From Coprothermobacterota bacterium (GTDB taxonomy: Bacteria > Coprothermobacterota > HKB111): DNA of 64,000 bases. Under the pieces are notes generated by a model. The model saw only the letters and a program-made list of their open reading frames with translations. It was not told the origin of the DNA and did no database searches. The stretch lies in assembly GCA_037446255.1 (NCBI GenBank), contig JBBIIY010000001.1, positions 74,550-138,549 of the forward strand, in the 5' to 3' direction. Position numbers and translations under genes: made by a program. Within the stretch, counting starts at the first letter, position 1. Each line of letters starts with the position of its first letter. Of the stretch, positions 1-9,574 are shown piece after piece.

Positions 1-47
1 TTTATGACTTATGTGACCACCCGAGATGGTCCGAAGAAGCCCAACAA

Positions 48-683
48 ATGTTGAAATTAATTGAGCAAGCAGACTTAAACAACCTCTTTCATTCTATAAA
101 CAGGTGGTACTCGCAGAATCACCCCTTGAATCTTACCCTGGGTAAATTATTAAAGCCCGAAGAATTTATCTATTTTGATATAGAAACCCTGGGATTGTCT
201 TATAAACCGGTGATTGTAATAGGACTTGCTGAATATAATAACTTTCAATTAAATACCTACCAGTATGTAGTAACCAATATCAATGAAGAATCTTCAGTTC
301 TTCATTGTTTCCAGGAACATCTGAAAGGAAAAAGAGCCATGGTTACTTATAATGGTAAAAATTTTGATGTTCCCTATGTAAAAGAAAGATTTAATCATTA
401 TGGTATTGAATCATTTCAGGAAATACCCAATTTTGATTTACTTTTTTTCACCCGAAAAGCCTGGAGAAATGCCATGCCCAACTGTAAGCTAGGTACTGTT
501 GAAAAATATCAACTGGATATTGATAGAAAAGAAGATATCCCTGGAGCCCTGGTACCTGATTTTTATTATACCTATTACACAAGAGGAAACCCTGGTCCTT
601 TAAAGACTATTGTTGAACATAATCGGCAAGACATCATTTCTATGGTTTATATTTTATATAAACTATGGCGTGAATGGTGCTGA
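48..683 (+). CDS. YprB-like RNase H-fold 3'-5' exonuclease domain protein (COG3359-like). The reading frame is open back to nt 3 with no stop, so the gene may begin upstream of the window.
   Basis: Motifs FDIETLGL (DnaQ-like Exo I DxE), YNGKNFDVPY (Exo II) and HNRQD (Exo III) in the translation. Frame 48 mod 3 has no stop between nt 3 and 47. Confidence 0.6.
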   Translation: MLKLIEQADLNNLFHSINRWYSQNHPLNLTLGKLLKPEEFIYFDIETLGLSYKPVIVIGLAEYNNFQLNTYQYVVTNINEESSVLHCFQEHLKGKRAMVTYNGKNFDVPYVKERFNHYGIESFQEIPNFDLLFFTRKAWRNAMPNCKLGTVEKYQLDIDRKEDIPGALVPDFYYTYYTRGNPGPLKTIVEHNRQDIISMVYILYKLWREWC

Positions 684-689
684 TAAAAA

Positions 690-711
690 AAGCAAAACGG
701 AAAACGAAAAC
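690..711. repeat. Short tandem repeat, three copies of AAAACGG/AAAACGA, directly 5' of a long hairpin
   Basis: aaaacggaaaacgaaaacgg read directly in the sequence. Confidence 0.5.
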
Positions 712-795
712 GGGGTCAGCCCTTGACAAGGGACATAGTTAAAGATACCCTTTCGGCAATTAAGTGTAATTTGTCTATAGTCAAGGGCTGACCCC
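712..795. other. Perfect 16-bp inverted repeat (GGGGTCAGCCCTTGAC / GTCAAGGGCTGACCCC) with a 52-nt loop, between the exonuclease gene and hutU. On the minus strand it is followed by a T-rich tract, so it may be a terminator or structured RNA element.
   Basis: Arms at 712-727 and 780-795 are exact reverse complements. The loop contains an internal AAGGG/CCCTT stem. Confidence 0.5.
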
Positions 796-864
796 AAATA
801 AGTTTGAGATAATGTTATACTATAATTTATAGATAAAATAATTATTGCCTGGAGGTGTAATAAA

Positions 865-2562
865 TTGGCAAAAGGAATTGCAGAGGAAAGATTAGCCTTC
901 ACGCCAGGTAAAACCAGGGTGCCTGCTGGCATAAAAATCAGTGCTAAGGGTTGGCCTCAGGAAGCTGCCTTGAGAATGTTTTTGAATGTTCTTGACCCTG
1001 AGGTAGCAGAAAAACCTGAAGACCTGGTAGTATATGGAGGAAGAGGAAAAGCCGCAAGGAATCTTGAAGCCTACCAGAAAATAATAAAATCCCTGTTAGA
1101 ATTAGAATCAGAAGAAACTCTACTTATTCAATCAGGGAAACCAGTGGGTATTTTTAAGACTCATTCATTTGCTCCACGAGTGCTGATAGCTAACTCCTTA
1201 CTGGTACCCGCCTGGGCTACTCTTGATAAATTCTGGGAGTTAGAAGCTAAAGGTTTAACTATGTATGGCCAGATGACCGCTGGGTCCTGGATATATATTG
1301 GTACTCAGGGAATATTGCAGGGTACTTATGAAACTTTCTCTCAAGCAGCCCGTACCCACTATAACGGTTCTCTCAAAGGTAAATGGGTGTTAACTGCTGG
1401 ATTGGGAGGTATGGGTGGAGCTCAGCCATTGGCAGTAACCATGAATGAGGGTGTGGTTTTAGTGGTAGAGGTTGATGAAGCTCGGGTAAAAAGAAGGCTG
1501 GATACCGGTTATGTAGAGATGATCACTCATAGTCTTGATGAAGCCCTTATTCTGGTGGATGAAGCTGTAAAGAAAAATATACCCCGTTCAATTGCTTTGA
1601 TAGCCAATTCGTCAGATACCCACCCTGAACTGGTAAAAAGGAAAATATTTCCCGATTTAGTAACTGATCAGACTTCAGCCCACGACCCCCTGAATGGCTA
1701 TATTCCATCTGGATTATCTCTGGAGGAATCTTCTAATCTAAGGCTTAGAAATCCTAACGAATACCTGAAATTATCCTTTGATTCCATGGCTAAACAGGTA
1801 AGGGCCATGCTGGAGATGAAAAAAAATGGTTCTATTGTCTTTGATTATGGCAATAACTTGAGAACACAGGCCTTTAAAGAAGGAGTTAAAGATGCTTATA
1901 GTTATCCAGGTTTTGTTCCTGCTTATATCAGGCCTTTGTTTTGTGAGGGAAAAGGACCATTCAGGTGGGTGGCTTTATCAGGTGACCCTAAAGATATTTA
2001 TGAAACCGATAAAGCAATCTTAAAGCTTTTTCCTGATAATGAGAACCTTAAACGCTGGATCAATATGGCTGAAAAGCAGGTGCATTTCCAGGGACTTCCT
2101 GCTCGTGTGTGCTGGTTAGGATATGGAGAAAGAGATAAGGCAGGAATGGAATTCAATAATCTGGTTAAAAAAGGAGTGGTCAAAGCTCCAATTGTGATTG
2201 GCAGAGACCATCTCGACTCTGGTTCTGTGGCGAGCCCTTATAGAGAAACTGAAGGAATGAAAGATGGTTCAGATGCTATTGCTGATTGGCCAATATTGAA
2301 TGCCTTACTCAACAGTTCTTCAGGGGCTCACTGGGTGTCAGTACACCATGGTGGGGGCGTAGGTATTGGCTATTCCCTACATGCTGGAGTGGTTGTAGTA
2401 GCTGAGGGAACGCTGGAAAGTGAAAAAAGGCTCCAATTAACCCTGACCAATGACCCGGGTACTGGGGTAATGAGACATGTTGATGCTGGTTATGATGAAG
2501 CTATAAACATGGCAAAAAGATTTAATATTAAAATACCTTATTTAAAAAAGGAGGATTTATAA
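865..2562 (+). CDS. hutU: Urocanate hydratase (urocanase)
   Basis: 565 aa with full-length urocanase-like sequence (N-term [62 protein letters not shown]-binding loop). TTG start with GGAGGTG SD 7 nt upstream. Confidence 0.9.
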   Translation: MAKGIAEERLAFTPGKTRVPAGIKISAKGWPQEAALRMFLNVLDPEVAEKPEDLVVYGGRGKAARNLEAYQKIIKSLLELESEETLLIQSGKPVGIFKTHSFAPRVLIANSLLVPAWATLDKFWELEAKGLTMYGQMTAGSWIYIGTQGILQGTYETFSQAARTHYNGSLKGKWVLTAGLGGMGGAQPLAVTMNEGVVLVVEVDEARVKRRLDTGYVEMITHSLDEALILVDEAVKKNIPRSIALIANSSDTHPELVKRKIFPDLVTDQTSAHDPLNGYIPSGLSLEESSNLRLRNPNEYLKLSFDSMAKQVRAMLEMKKNGSIVFDYGNNLRTQAFKEGVKDAYSYPGFVPAYIRPLFCEGKGPFRWVALSGDPKDIYETDKAILKLFPDNENLKRWINMAEKQVHFQGLPARVCWLGYGERDKAGMEFNNLVKKGVVKAPIVIGRDHLDSGSVASPYRETEGMKDGSDAIADWPILNALLNSSSGAHWVSVHHGGGVGIGYSLHAGVVVVAEGTLESEKRLQLTLTNDPGTGVMRHVDAGYDEAINMAKRFNIKIPYLKKEDL

Positions 2563-2563
2563 A

Positions 2564-3103
2564 ATGTGGTTATTGTATGTTGCTTTTGGAGTAGCACTCT
2601 TGGGTGTTTACCTTTATAACCGTCTTATTGTTTTGAAAATGAGGGTGAATAACAGCTGGAGGCAGATAGATGTTCAGTTAAAACGGAGAGTAGACCTTAT
2701 TCCTAACCTGATAGAAACAGTGAAGGGATATGCTTCACACGAAAGGGAGCTTTTTGCCAAGGTAACCGAACTAAGATCTATAATAGCAGGTGGTGGTTCG
2801 GTTAAGGAAATCAGTGAAGCCAACAATATGCTAACCGGGGCTCTAAAATCCCTGTTTGCTGTAGCTGAAGCTTATCCTGATTTGAAAGCCAACCAGAATT
2901 TCCTTATGCTTCAGGAGGAATTATCAGGAACAGAGAATAAAATTGCTTTCGCCAGACAGTTTTATAATGACACAGTGATGAATTTAAATACTGCGATTCA
3001 TGTATTTCCTACAAATATTGTAGCTACAATTATAAACTTAAAAGATGCTGATTATTTTACAATACCTGAAGAAGAAAGAGAGGTACCTAGAGTTAGCTTC
3101 TAA
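2564..3103 (+). CDS. lemA: LemA family membrane protein
   Basis: N-terminal TM helix followed by LemA-like sequence (NSWRQIDVQLKRRVDLIPNLIETVKGYASHERELFAKVTELR). Confidence 0.85.
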   Translation: MWLLYVAFGVALLGVYLYNRLIVLKMRVNNSWRQIDVQLKRRVDLIPNLIETVKGYASHERELFAKVTELRSIIAGGGSVKEISEANNMLTGALKSLFAVAEAYPDLKANQNFLMLQEELSGTENKIAFARQFYNDTVMNLNTAIHVFPTNIVATIINLKDADYFTIPEEEREVPRVSF

Positions 3104-3990
3104 TGAGCCTGACCGGTCAGATTAAGCAAAACATCAGCATCAGCCTTATATTAATCATATTGATGTCAGGCATCATTGTAGGTATTGGGTATATATTTGA
3201 TGTTCACTATGCTTATCATGGTTTTCTAACCGGAATGGCAATTATTTTTGCCACTTTTACCAGCATTGGTAGTTACTGGTATTCGGATAGATTAATTCTG
3301 TCTCTTACAGAAGCCAGAGAAGCATCCTTTTCTGAATATACTTACCTTCATAATATAACCGAGGGACTATCAATTGCTGCTGGAATACCCAAACCTAAAC
3401 TATTTATTATAGATGACCCGGCTGCTAATGCTTTTGCTACCGGGAGAAATCCAGCTAACGGGATAATAGTAGTTTCTACTGGTTTGCTAAATTTATTGAA
3501 TCGTCAGGAAATTGAGGGTGTTATTGCTCATGAAATTGGCCACATTAAAAATTACGATGTTTTACTCGGCACTATTGCAGCAGTGTTGGTGGGCTCCGTA
3601 GTTATTTTAAGAGATGTGATACTTCGTTTTGGATTTAGAAGAGGAGCAAGGAGGGGAAGAGGTGGTAATCCTATGCTGCTTATTATAGGTGTTTTGCTTT
3701 TGATTTTAGCACCATTTTTTATGACACTTATCAAGTTTGCAATTTCCAGACAAAGGGAATTCCTGGCTGATACCACTAGCGCTTTTCTTACCAGGTACCC
3801 TGATGGACTGATATCAGCCCTGGAAAAACTTGAAATTAATAAGAAAATACCACTCTTTTCCTCAGAGGCTATGGCGCATCTTTATATTATTAACCCCTTT
3901 TCTCAATCTTTTAATCAGATTTATCTTCTTAGTACTCATCCTCCTATAGAAGCAAGAATTTTAAGGTTAAAAAGTATCAGAGGTTTGTAA
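3103..3990 (+). CDS. htpX: HtpX-like M48 family zinc metalloprotease, integral membrane
   Basis: HEIGH motif (IAHEIGHIKNYD), multiple TM segments, and its start overlaps the lemA stop. Confidence 0.8.
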   Translation: MSLTGQIKQNISISLILIILMSGIIVGIGYIFDVHYAYHGFLTGMAIIFATFTSIGSYWYSDRLILSLTEAREASFSEYTYLHNITEGLSIAAGIPKPKLFIIDDPAANAFATGRNPANGIIVVSTGLLNLLNRQEIEGVIAHEIGHIKNYDVLLGTIAAVLVGSVVILRDVILRFGFRRGARRGRGGNPMLLIIGVLLLILAPFFMTLIKFAISRQREFLADTTSAFLTRYPDGLISALEKLEINKKIPLFSSEAMAHLYIINPFSQSFNQIYLLSTHPPIEARILRLKSIRGL

Positions 3991-5061
3991 ATGCAGGCTG
4001 GTATTGTTGGATTACCTAATGCGGGGAAAACTACCCTTTTTAATGCCTTAACTTCTCAACAGGCAGAAGTAGCTTCCTATCCTTTTACCACGATTGAACC
4101 TAATGTGGCTGAAGTAAGTATTCCCGATGAAAGGTTATTAACCCTAACCAACCTTCTACACCCTCAGGAAATAAGACCTGCCCGCTTGAGGTTTCTGGAT
4201 ATCGCTGGATTGGTTAAAGGCGCACATAGGGGGGAAGGTTTAGGAAATGAGTTTTTAAATCATATTAGAGCAGTTGATGTAGTCGTTAATGTTTTAAGGT
4301 GTTTTCCAATTATCAATGTGTCTCATGTGGAAGGTTCCATAAACCCCGTTAGAGACTTAGAAATTGTCAAATTGGAATTAACTTTGAGTGACTTAGCTTT
4401 ATTGGAAAGAGCTATACTTAAACTTAAAAAGATTTCTAAGATAGCTCGTAAAGAAGACCTGGAAGAGCTTAATTTCCTGGAGACCATTTATTTACAAATT
4501 AACGAAGGAAAGAAGGTAGAGGAAAGCGATTTACCCAGGCTCAGGAAATATAACTTATTAAGCATTAAACCATCTTTGTTGGTGATAAATGTTTCTGAAG
4601 ATGAGATCGGGAATCCCTCTAAAGAGCTTGTAGAAGTAAAAAGCTACCTGGAGAATCAAGGTGTTGATTTTTTAATATCTCCAGCTCTTCTTGAACAGGA
4701 ATTATCAGATTTATCTCCTGAAGACAGGTTAGAATATCTTGAGGGAATTGGAGTACAGGGAACCTCGCTTAATCAGTTGATTTTTAAAACTAATAAACTT
4801 CTTCAGAGAATATTTTTTTATACTACAGCCTCTAGAATTCTACAAGCCTGGCCGGTTAAAAAAAGAACAGTTATTAAGGAAGCTGCCAGGATGATACACA
4901 CTGATATAGGAGAAGGATTCATTAAAGCAGAAGTAATTCCTTTTAAGGATTTACTTCGTGTGGGTTCTTTAAATAAAGCCCGGGAAAACGGTTTAGTAAA
5001 AATAGAAGGTAAAGATACAATTGTTGAGGACGGAGATGTCATCTACTTCCATTTCAGGTAG
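3991..5061 (+). CDS. ychF: Ribosome-binding ATPase YchF (Obg-family GTPase)
   Basis: GIVGLPNAGKTTLFNALT Walker A, C-terminal TGS-like region and conserved YchF length. Confidence 0.9.
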   Translation: MQAGIVGLPNAGKTTLFNALTSQQAEVASYPFTTIEPNVAEVSIPDERLLTLTNLLHPQEIRPARLRFLDIAGLVKGAHRGEGLGNEFLNHIRAVDVVVNVLRCFPIINVSHVEGSINPVRDLEIVKLELTLSDLALLERAILKLKKISKIARKEDLEELNFLETIYLQINEGKKVEESDLPRLRKYNLLSIKPSLLVINVSEDEIGNPSKELVEVKSYLENQGVDFLISPALLEQELSDLSPEDRLEYLEGIGVQGTSLNQLIFKTNKLLQRIFFYTTASRILQAWPVKKRTVIKEAARMIHTDIGEGFIKAEVIPFKDLLRVGSLNKARENGLVKIEGKDTIVEDGDVIYFHFR

Positions 5062-6103
5062 CGATATCAGTATCCGTTTATTCAAAAGAAAAGATATCAA
5101 TTGTTTACTTTCTCTATATAAAATTGTCTGGCCTAATAGAGAGATTGATGAAGAATATTGGAACTGGAAGTACCGGGATAATCCGTTTGGAAAGCCTCTT
5201 ATTCTAGTTGCGCTTAAAGAAGACAAAATAGTAGGTCATGAAGCTCTCTGGCCCATGCCCCTATCAGTTAACGGTATAAATCAACTCAGCTATCAGTCTG
5301 TAGACAGTATGGTTCATCCTGATTTCAGGGGGAGAGGTATATTTAACAACCTGATTGCCAGATCTATGGAAGAGTGTTCAACCTTAACCTGTCCAATTAT
5401 TTTTGGTTTTCCCAACAGGAGTTCTTATAAAATCTACACTAAATTTGGTTGGATATCGGATAGTTCATTTCATAGGTTCATTAAAATTCTTAATTGGCAG
5501 GATGTGTTTAATAGTAGAATATCAATTAAATACCTAAAATGGGCTTCTAATCTGGCAGGATTTGCTGTAAATACCGTTAACAGACGTTTTTCAGAAAAGA
5601 AAAAAATAAAAGGGTTAGAAGTACAGGAAGAACTTGAACCGATGAAAATATTTGAAGAAATTTGGTTGGAGTACTACCAACAATTGGGAAAATCTCTGAC
5701 CATAATTAAAAATCTGGAATATCAGAATTGGAGGTATAAAAGCAAGCCAGGTTCTAAATATATCTTTCTTTCCTTGAAGTACAAAAGTAATATTTTGGGT
5801 TTTGGAGTTATTAAAAAAGATACTTATGGGGTGATGAAAAGAGCTCGCCTCGGTGAATTCGTATTACTTGATAAAGCTTTTACTTCAGGGTTTCTATACG
5901 AAATATTTGAATTATTAAAAGGAAAAGAATGCTCTACCATTGAATATAATGTTTGGAATAGCCTGGAATTAGAGGAGATATTAAAATCAATGGGTTTTAT
6001 TAGAAGGTCTGATGAGCCGCCTTTAATTTACAAAGTATTTAAAGATATACCAGCTGATAAAATCAACTGGGATATAAGTGGTGGAGACAACGAGTCGTTT
6101 TAG
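5036..6103 (+). CDS. GNAT-family acetyltransferase (Acetyltransf_6 / FemAB-like fold)
   Basis: WNWKYRDNPFG...HPDFRGRGIFNNLI GNAT core. The ATG at 5036 with a GAGGACGGAG SD is preferred over the TTG at 5021 listed in the ORF track. Confidence 0.6.
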   Translation: MSSTSISGSDISIRLFKRKDINCLLSLYKIVWPNREIDEEYWNWKYRDNPFGKPLILVALKEDKIVGHEALWPMPLSVNGINQLSYQSVDSMVHPDFRGRGIFNNLIARSMEECSTLTCPIIFGFPNRSSYKIYTKFGWISDSSFHRFIKILNWQDVFNSRISIKYLKWASNLAGFAVNTVNRRFSEKKKIKGLEVQEELEPMKIFEEIWLEYYQQLGKSLTIIKNLEYQNWRYKSKPGSKYIFLSLKYKSNILGFGVIKKDTYGVMKRARLGEFVLLDKAFTSGFLYEIFELLKGKECSTIEYNVWNSLELEEILKSMGFIRRSDEPPLIYKVFKDIPADKINWDISGGDNESF

Positions 6104-6118
6104 AAAGGAGCTGAAGGT

Positions 6119-7411
6119 ATGTCCAGGGTAATGATAAAAGATTTAGGAAGTTTTATGGGGAAAAAGGTAAGGGTGAGTGGTTGGCTTTATAGCAGGACTT
6201 CCAAGGGTAAACTTATTTTCCTTCTGATTAGAGATGGAACAGCCTTAGTTCAAGCAATAGTTTCCAGACAGATGTTATCAGAAGAACAGTTCAATTTAGC
6301 TGATAAACTAACTCAAGAAAGTTCCCTGGAAATAATGGGGGTAGTTAGAGAAGATAAAAGAGCTATTGGTGGTTATGAAATTGAAGTTGAATCTCTTAAA
6401 GTATTCCAAATAGGCGATAATTACCCTATTTCACCTAAAGAGCACGGGATTGAATTTTTAATGTCCCATCAGCATTTATGGATAAGGTCGCAACATATTT
6501 CTTCAGTTCTTAAAATCCGGGCTGAAATAATTTCTGCTGCTCGTAATTATCTTAATTCTCAGGGTTTTTATCTGGTTGATACACCGATACTCACCCCTTC
6601 TGCTTGTGAAGGCACATCAACTTTGTTTAAAATTGATTATTTTGGCGAGCCAGCTTATCTAACACAGAGCGGACAATTGTATAACGAAGCTACCTGTATA
6701 GCCCTGGGAAAAGTTTATACTTTTGGTCCCACTTTCAGAGCTGAAAAATCACGTACCAGGAGACACTTGATGGAATTCTGGATGTTAGAACCCGAGATGG
6801 CTTTTGTAGAGCAGGAAGAAAATATGGTTATACAGGAAGAGTTGATTTATTACATTGTATCTTCGGTTTTAAGGAATTGCCCTAACGAACTTTCTATCCT
6901 GAAAAGAGATGAATCTTTCCTGAAGAAGGTACAAACTCCCTTCCCCCGCTTGACTTATTCCCGGGCTGTCGAAATACTGAAAGAAAAAGGATTTACTATT
7001 AAATGGGGAGATGATTTCGGAGCTCCACACGAGACTGCTATTTCCAGTCTTTATGAAAAACCCGTATTTATAACTCACTATCCGGCCTCCATCAAGGCTT
7101 TTTATATGCAACCTGATTATAATAACCCGGAATTAGTTCTTTGCGCTGATTTAATTGCGCCTGAAGGTTACGGGGAGATTATCGGTGGTTCGCAAAGAAT
7201 ACATGACTATGATTTACTCAAGAATAAAATTAATGAGCATAATTTACCTATGGAAGCTTATCAGTGGTATCTTGATCTTAGAAAATATGGTTCTGTTCCG
7301 CATTCTGGTTTTGGGTTAGGGTTAGAAAGAACTGTTTGCTGGATCTGTGGTCTTTCCCATATTAGAGAAACTATCGCTTTCCCAAGGATGTTAGACAAGA
7401 TTTATCCTTGA
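6119..7411 (+). CDS. asnS: Asparagine--tRNA ligase
   Basis: N-terminal OB anticodon-binding domain and class II motif FRAEKSRTRRHLMEFWMLEPEMAF, nearly identical to the AsnRS signature. 430 aa. Confidence 0.85.
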   Translation: MSRVMIKDLGSFMGKKVRVSGWLYSRTSKGKLIFLLIRDGTALVQAIVSRQMLSEEQFNLADKLTQESSLEIMGVVREDKRAIGGYEIEVESLKVFQIGDNYPISPKEHGIEFLMSHQHLWIRSQHISSVLKIRAEIISAARNYLNSQGFYLVDTPILTPSACEGTSTLFKIDYFGEPAYLTQSGQLYNEATCIALGKVYTFGPTFRAEKSRTRRHLMEFWMLEPEMAFVEQEENMVIQEELIYYIVSSVLRNCPNELSILKRDESFLKKVQTPFPRLTYSRAVEILKEKGFTIKWGDDFGAPHETAISSLYEKPVFITHYPASIKAFYMQPDYNNPELVLCADLIAPEGYGEIIGGSQRIHDYDLLKNKINEHNLPMEAYQWYLDLRKYGSVPHSGFGLGLERTVCWICGLSHIRETIAFPRMLDKIYP

Positions 7412-7436
7412 TAATATCCTCTTTTTGCCTTATAAT
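7408..7436 (+). promoter_or_regulatory. Sigma70-like promoter for tRNA-Gln: TTGATA, 17-nt spacer, TATAAT, overlapping the asnS stop codon
   Basis: TTGATA at 7408-7413 and TATAAT at 7431-7436, 13 nt upstream of the mature tRNA 5' end. Confidence 0.45.
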
Positions 7437-7448
7437 TAATAGCTACAC

Positions 7449-7523
7449 TGGGGAGTGGCCAAGCGGTAAGGCAGTGGACTTTGGATCCACTATTCGGGGG
7501 TTCGAATCCTCCCTCCCCAGCCA
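7449..7523 (+). tRNA. tRNA-Gln (anticodon TTG), CCA encoded
   Basis: Cloverleaf folded by hand: acceptor TGGGGAG/CTCCCCA, D-arm GCC-AAGCGGTAA-GGC, anticodon stem GTGGA/TCCAC with loop CTTTGGA, T-arm GGGGG-TTCGAAT-CCTCC, then G-CCA. Confidence 0.85.
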
Positions 7524-7594
7524 GATAAATACGAATTTAATTAAATAATCTATAAGCATATTCTGTACTTTCAGTTAAATAGCGAGGTTAATAA

Positions 7595-8158
7595 ATGAGC
7601 ATTGATTATGAAAAAACACATAGCCTATTTAATGGGCTCATGGTTAATTTATGCCATTCTTGTGGGGGTATTTGTGAACAAAATCAACTGGCTGTACTAT
7701 TACCCGAAGAAGATGACTATATCGCTTTAAAAGTTGGGGTACAAAAAGATGATTTTTTAAAAAAATATTGCACTACCGTGGATTTTGGAGAGCACAAAGT
7801 TAATGTATTAAAAGTTGGGGTTTGTCCCTTTTTGAATAACCAATTCAGATGCGAACTGGAACGGTTTAATTGTAAAGTTATTCAGTGCTTACTTTACCCG
7901 GTACTGATAAATTCCTCTATAGCCCAGGGTAAAGCGATAGTTGATGTTTTATTTTGTCCAATGGCTCATTCTGTTTCTGAGGAGTTTAAACATGAAGCCT
8001 GGAAATTGCTTGATGAAATTAAAGGTGACCTACCGCAATGGTGGTTAGATTGTTCGGGAATTATTGACAGCTATGTTTATGATTATGATAAATTGTTAGA
8101 TATAAAAAATAAACCAATGATTACTATTGAGGAATTAAATAACTGCATATTTAGATAA
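7595..8158 (+). CDS. YkgJ-family (UPF0153) cysteine-cluster protein
   Basis: Cys spacing CHSCGGIC ... CPFLNNQFRC ... CKVIQC typical of YkgJ-type putative Fe-S/zinc-binding proteins. Confidence 0.55.
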   Translation: MSIDYEKTHSLFNGLMVNLCHSCGGICEQNQLAVLLPEEDDYIALKVGVQKDDFLKKYCTTVDFGEHKVNVLKVGVCPFLNNQFRCELERFNCKVIQCLLYPVLINSSIAQGKAIVDVLFCPMAHSVSEEFKHEAWKLLDEIKGDLPQWWLDCSGIIDSYVYDYDKLLDIKNKPMITIEELNNCIFR

Positions 8159-8182
8159 ATAGATGATATAATAAATAAGGTT

Positions 8183-9574
8183 ATGACAAAATTGATTGGT
8201 GTTATTATGGCAGCAGGATTGGGGAAAAGAATGAAATCAAAAACCCCTAAAGTTCTGCATACTTTAATGGGTAAACCTCTCATTGAGTTCCCCTTGAAAG
8301 CTCTTCGGGAACTTAATCCTGATCGTATTTTGGTAATCTTAGGAAATCAGACTGAACTGATAAAAGAACAGTTGGGAGAGAGGTACACTTATATACTTCA
8401 AGACCCACCTTTGGGTACAGGAGATGCGCTTAAACAAATTTTGCCCTATATAAAGGAATATCAGGAAACTGATGTTTTAGTAGTACCGGGTGATGCTCCT
8501 TTTATTAATAGCTGTCTATTAGAGGAGTTTGCCTATTCACACCAAAATTCCGGATGTCAGGCGTCTATTTTAACGACAATTATGGAAAATCCACATGGAT
8601 ATGGAAGGATTATAAGGGATGAAAACGGTTCTTTTGTACGAATTATCGAAGATTCTGACCTTACATCCAAGCAAAGGACTATTAATGAAGTAAATGCTTC
8701 AGTATATATTTTCCAGTCCTCAGCGCTTTTAAAGTACTTACCTCAGATAAAAAACCAAAACCAACAAGGAGAATATTATCTCACCGATATCTTTGAAAAA
8801 ATGAAATTAGATAATCTGGGAATTTCTGTATTTTGTCAGGAAAAAAACCCTGAGATATTTATGGGAATAAATAATCGTAAAGACCTGATTAAAGCTGCTA
8901 AGCTGTTGAAAGAAAAAATAATTGATGGATTATTGGAATCCGGAGTAACTATTATTGACCCACAATCTACCTATATAGAAGAAAATGTTTCCATTGAACA
9001 GGATGTAATTATCTACCCATTTTCCTTTTTAACGGGAAATACTGTAATAAAAAGTGATGCTATTATTGGTCCCGGTGCGTTGATTAAAAACTCGGTTATA
9101 GGTAATGGATGTAAAATCTATTATTCTGAAATTGAAGAAACGACCCTGGAACAAGGGGTTAAGGTGGGACCTTTTTCTCATCTCAGGCCAGGCACCCATG
9201 TTAAAAAAGGAGCTAAAATAGGTAATTACGCAGAGTTAAAAAATTCAGTAATTGGTGAAAATACCAAAGTATCTCATGTATCCTACCTTGGCGATTCTAT
9301 TGTAGGAGAGGATGTTAATATAGGAGCTGGCACTATTGTATGTAATTACGATGGTGAAAAAAAACACCCCACAATTATTGAAGATGAGGTTTTTGTGGGG
9401 AGCAATTCAACCTTAATTGCTCCTTTACGAATCGGAAAAGGAGCTTACATAGCCGGGGGTTCTGTAATAAACAATGATGTTCCACCTGAAGCATTAGCTT
9501 TGGGCAGAGGAAGACAAATTATTAAAGAAGGTTGGGCGAAAAAGAGGAAAGAAAGGAGGAAAAATCATGGCTAA
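8183..9574 (+). CDS. glmU: Bifunctional UDP-N-acetylglucosamine pyrophosphorylase / glucosamine-1-phosphate N-acetyltransferase
   Basis: N-term AAGLGKRMKSKTPKVLH nucleotidyltransferase motif and C-terminal left-handed beta-helix hexapeptide repeats. 463 aa. Confidence 0.9.
   Translation: MTKLIGVIMAAGLGKRMKSKTPKVLHTLMGKPLIEFPLKALRELNPDRILVILGNQTELIKEQLGERYTYILQDPPLGTGDALKQILPYIKEYQETDVLVVPGDAPFINSCLLEEFAYSHQNSGCQASILTTIMENPHGYGRIIRDENGSFVRIIEDSDLTSKQRTINEVNASVYIFQSSALLKYLPQIKNQNQQGEYYLTDIFEKMKLDNLGISVFCQEKNPEIFMGINNRKDLIKAAKLLKEKIIDGLLESGVTIIDPQSTYIEENVSIEQDVIIYPFSFLTGNTVIKSDAIIGPGALIKNSVIGNGCKIYYSEIEETTLEQGVKVGPFSHLRPGTHVKKGAKIGNYAELKNSVIGENTKVSHVSYLGDSIVGEDVNIGAGTIVCNYDGEKKHPTIIEDEVFVGSNSTLIAPLRIGKGAYIAGGSVINNDVPPEALALGRGRQIIKEGWAKKRKERRKNHG

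Noticed and set aside
663-932. 89-aa minus-strand ORF overlapping the hutU start and the long hairpin
   Set aside because: It is antisense to the hutU N-terminus and spans the inverted repeat, with low-complexity translation. It is an artefact of the palindrome.
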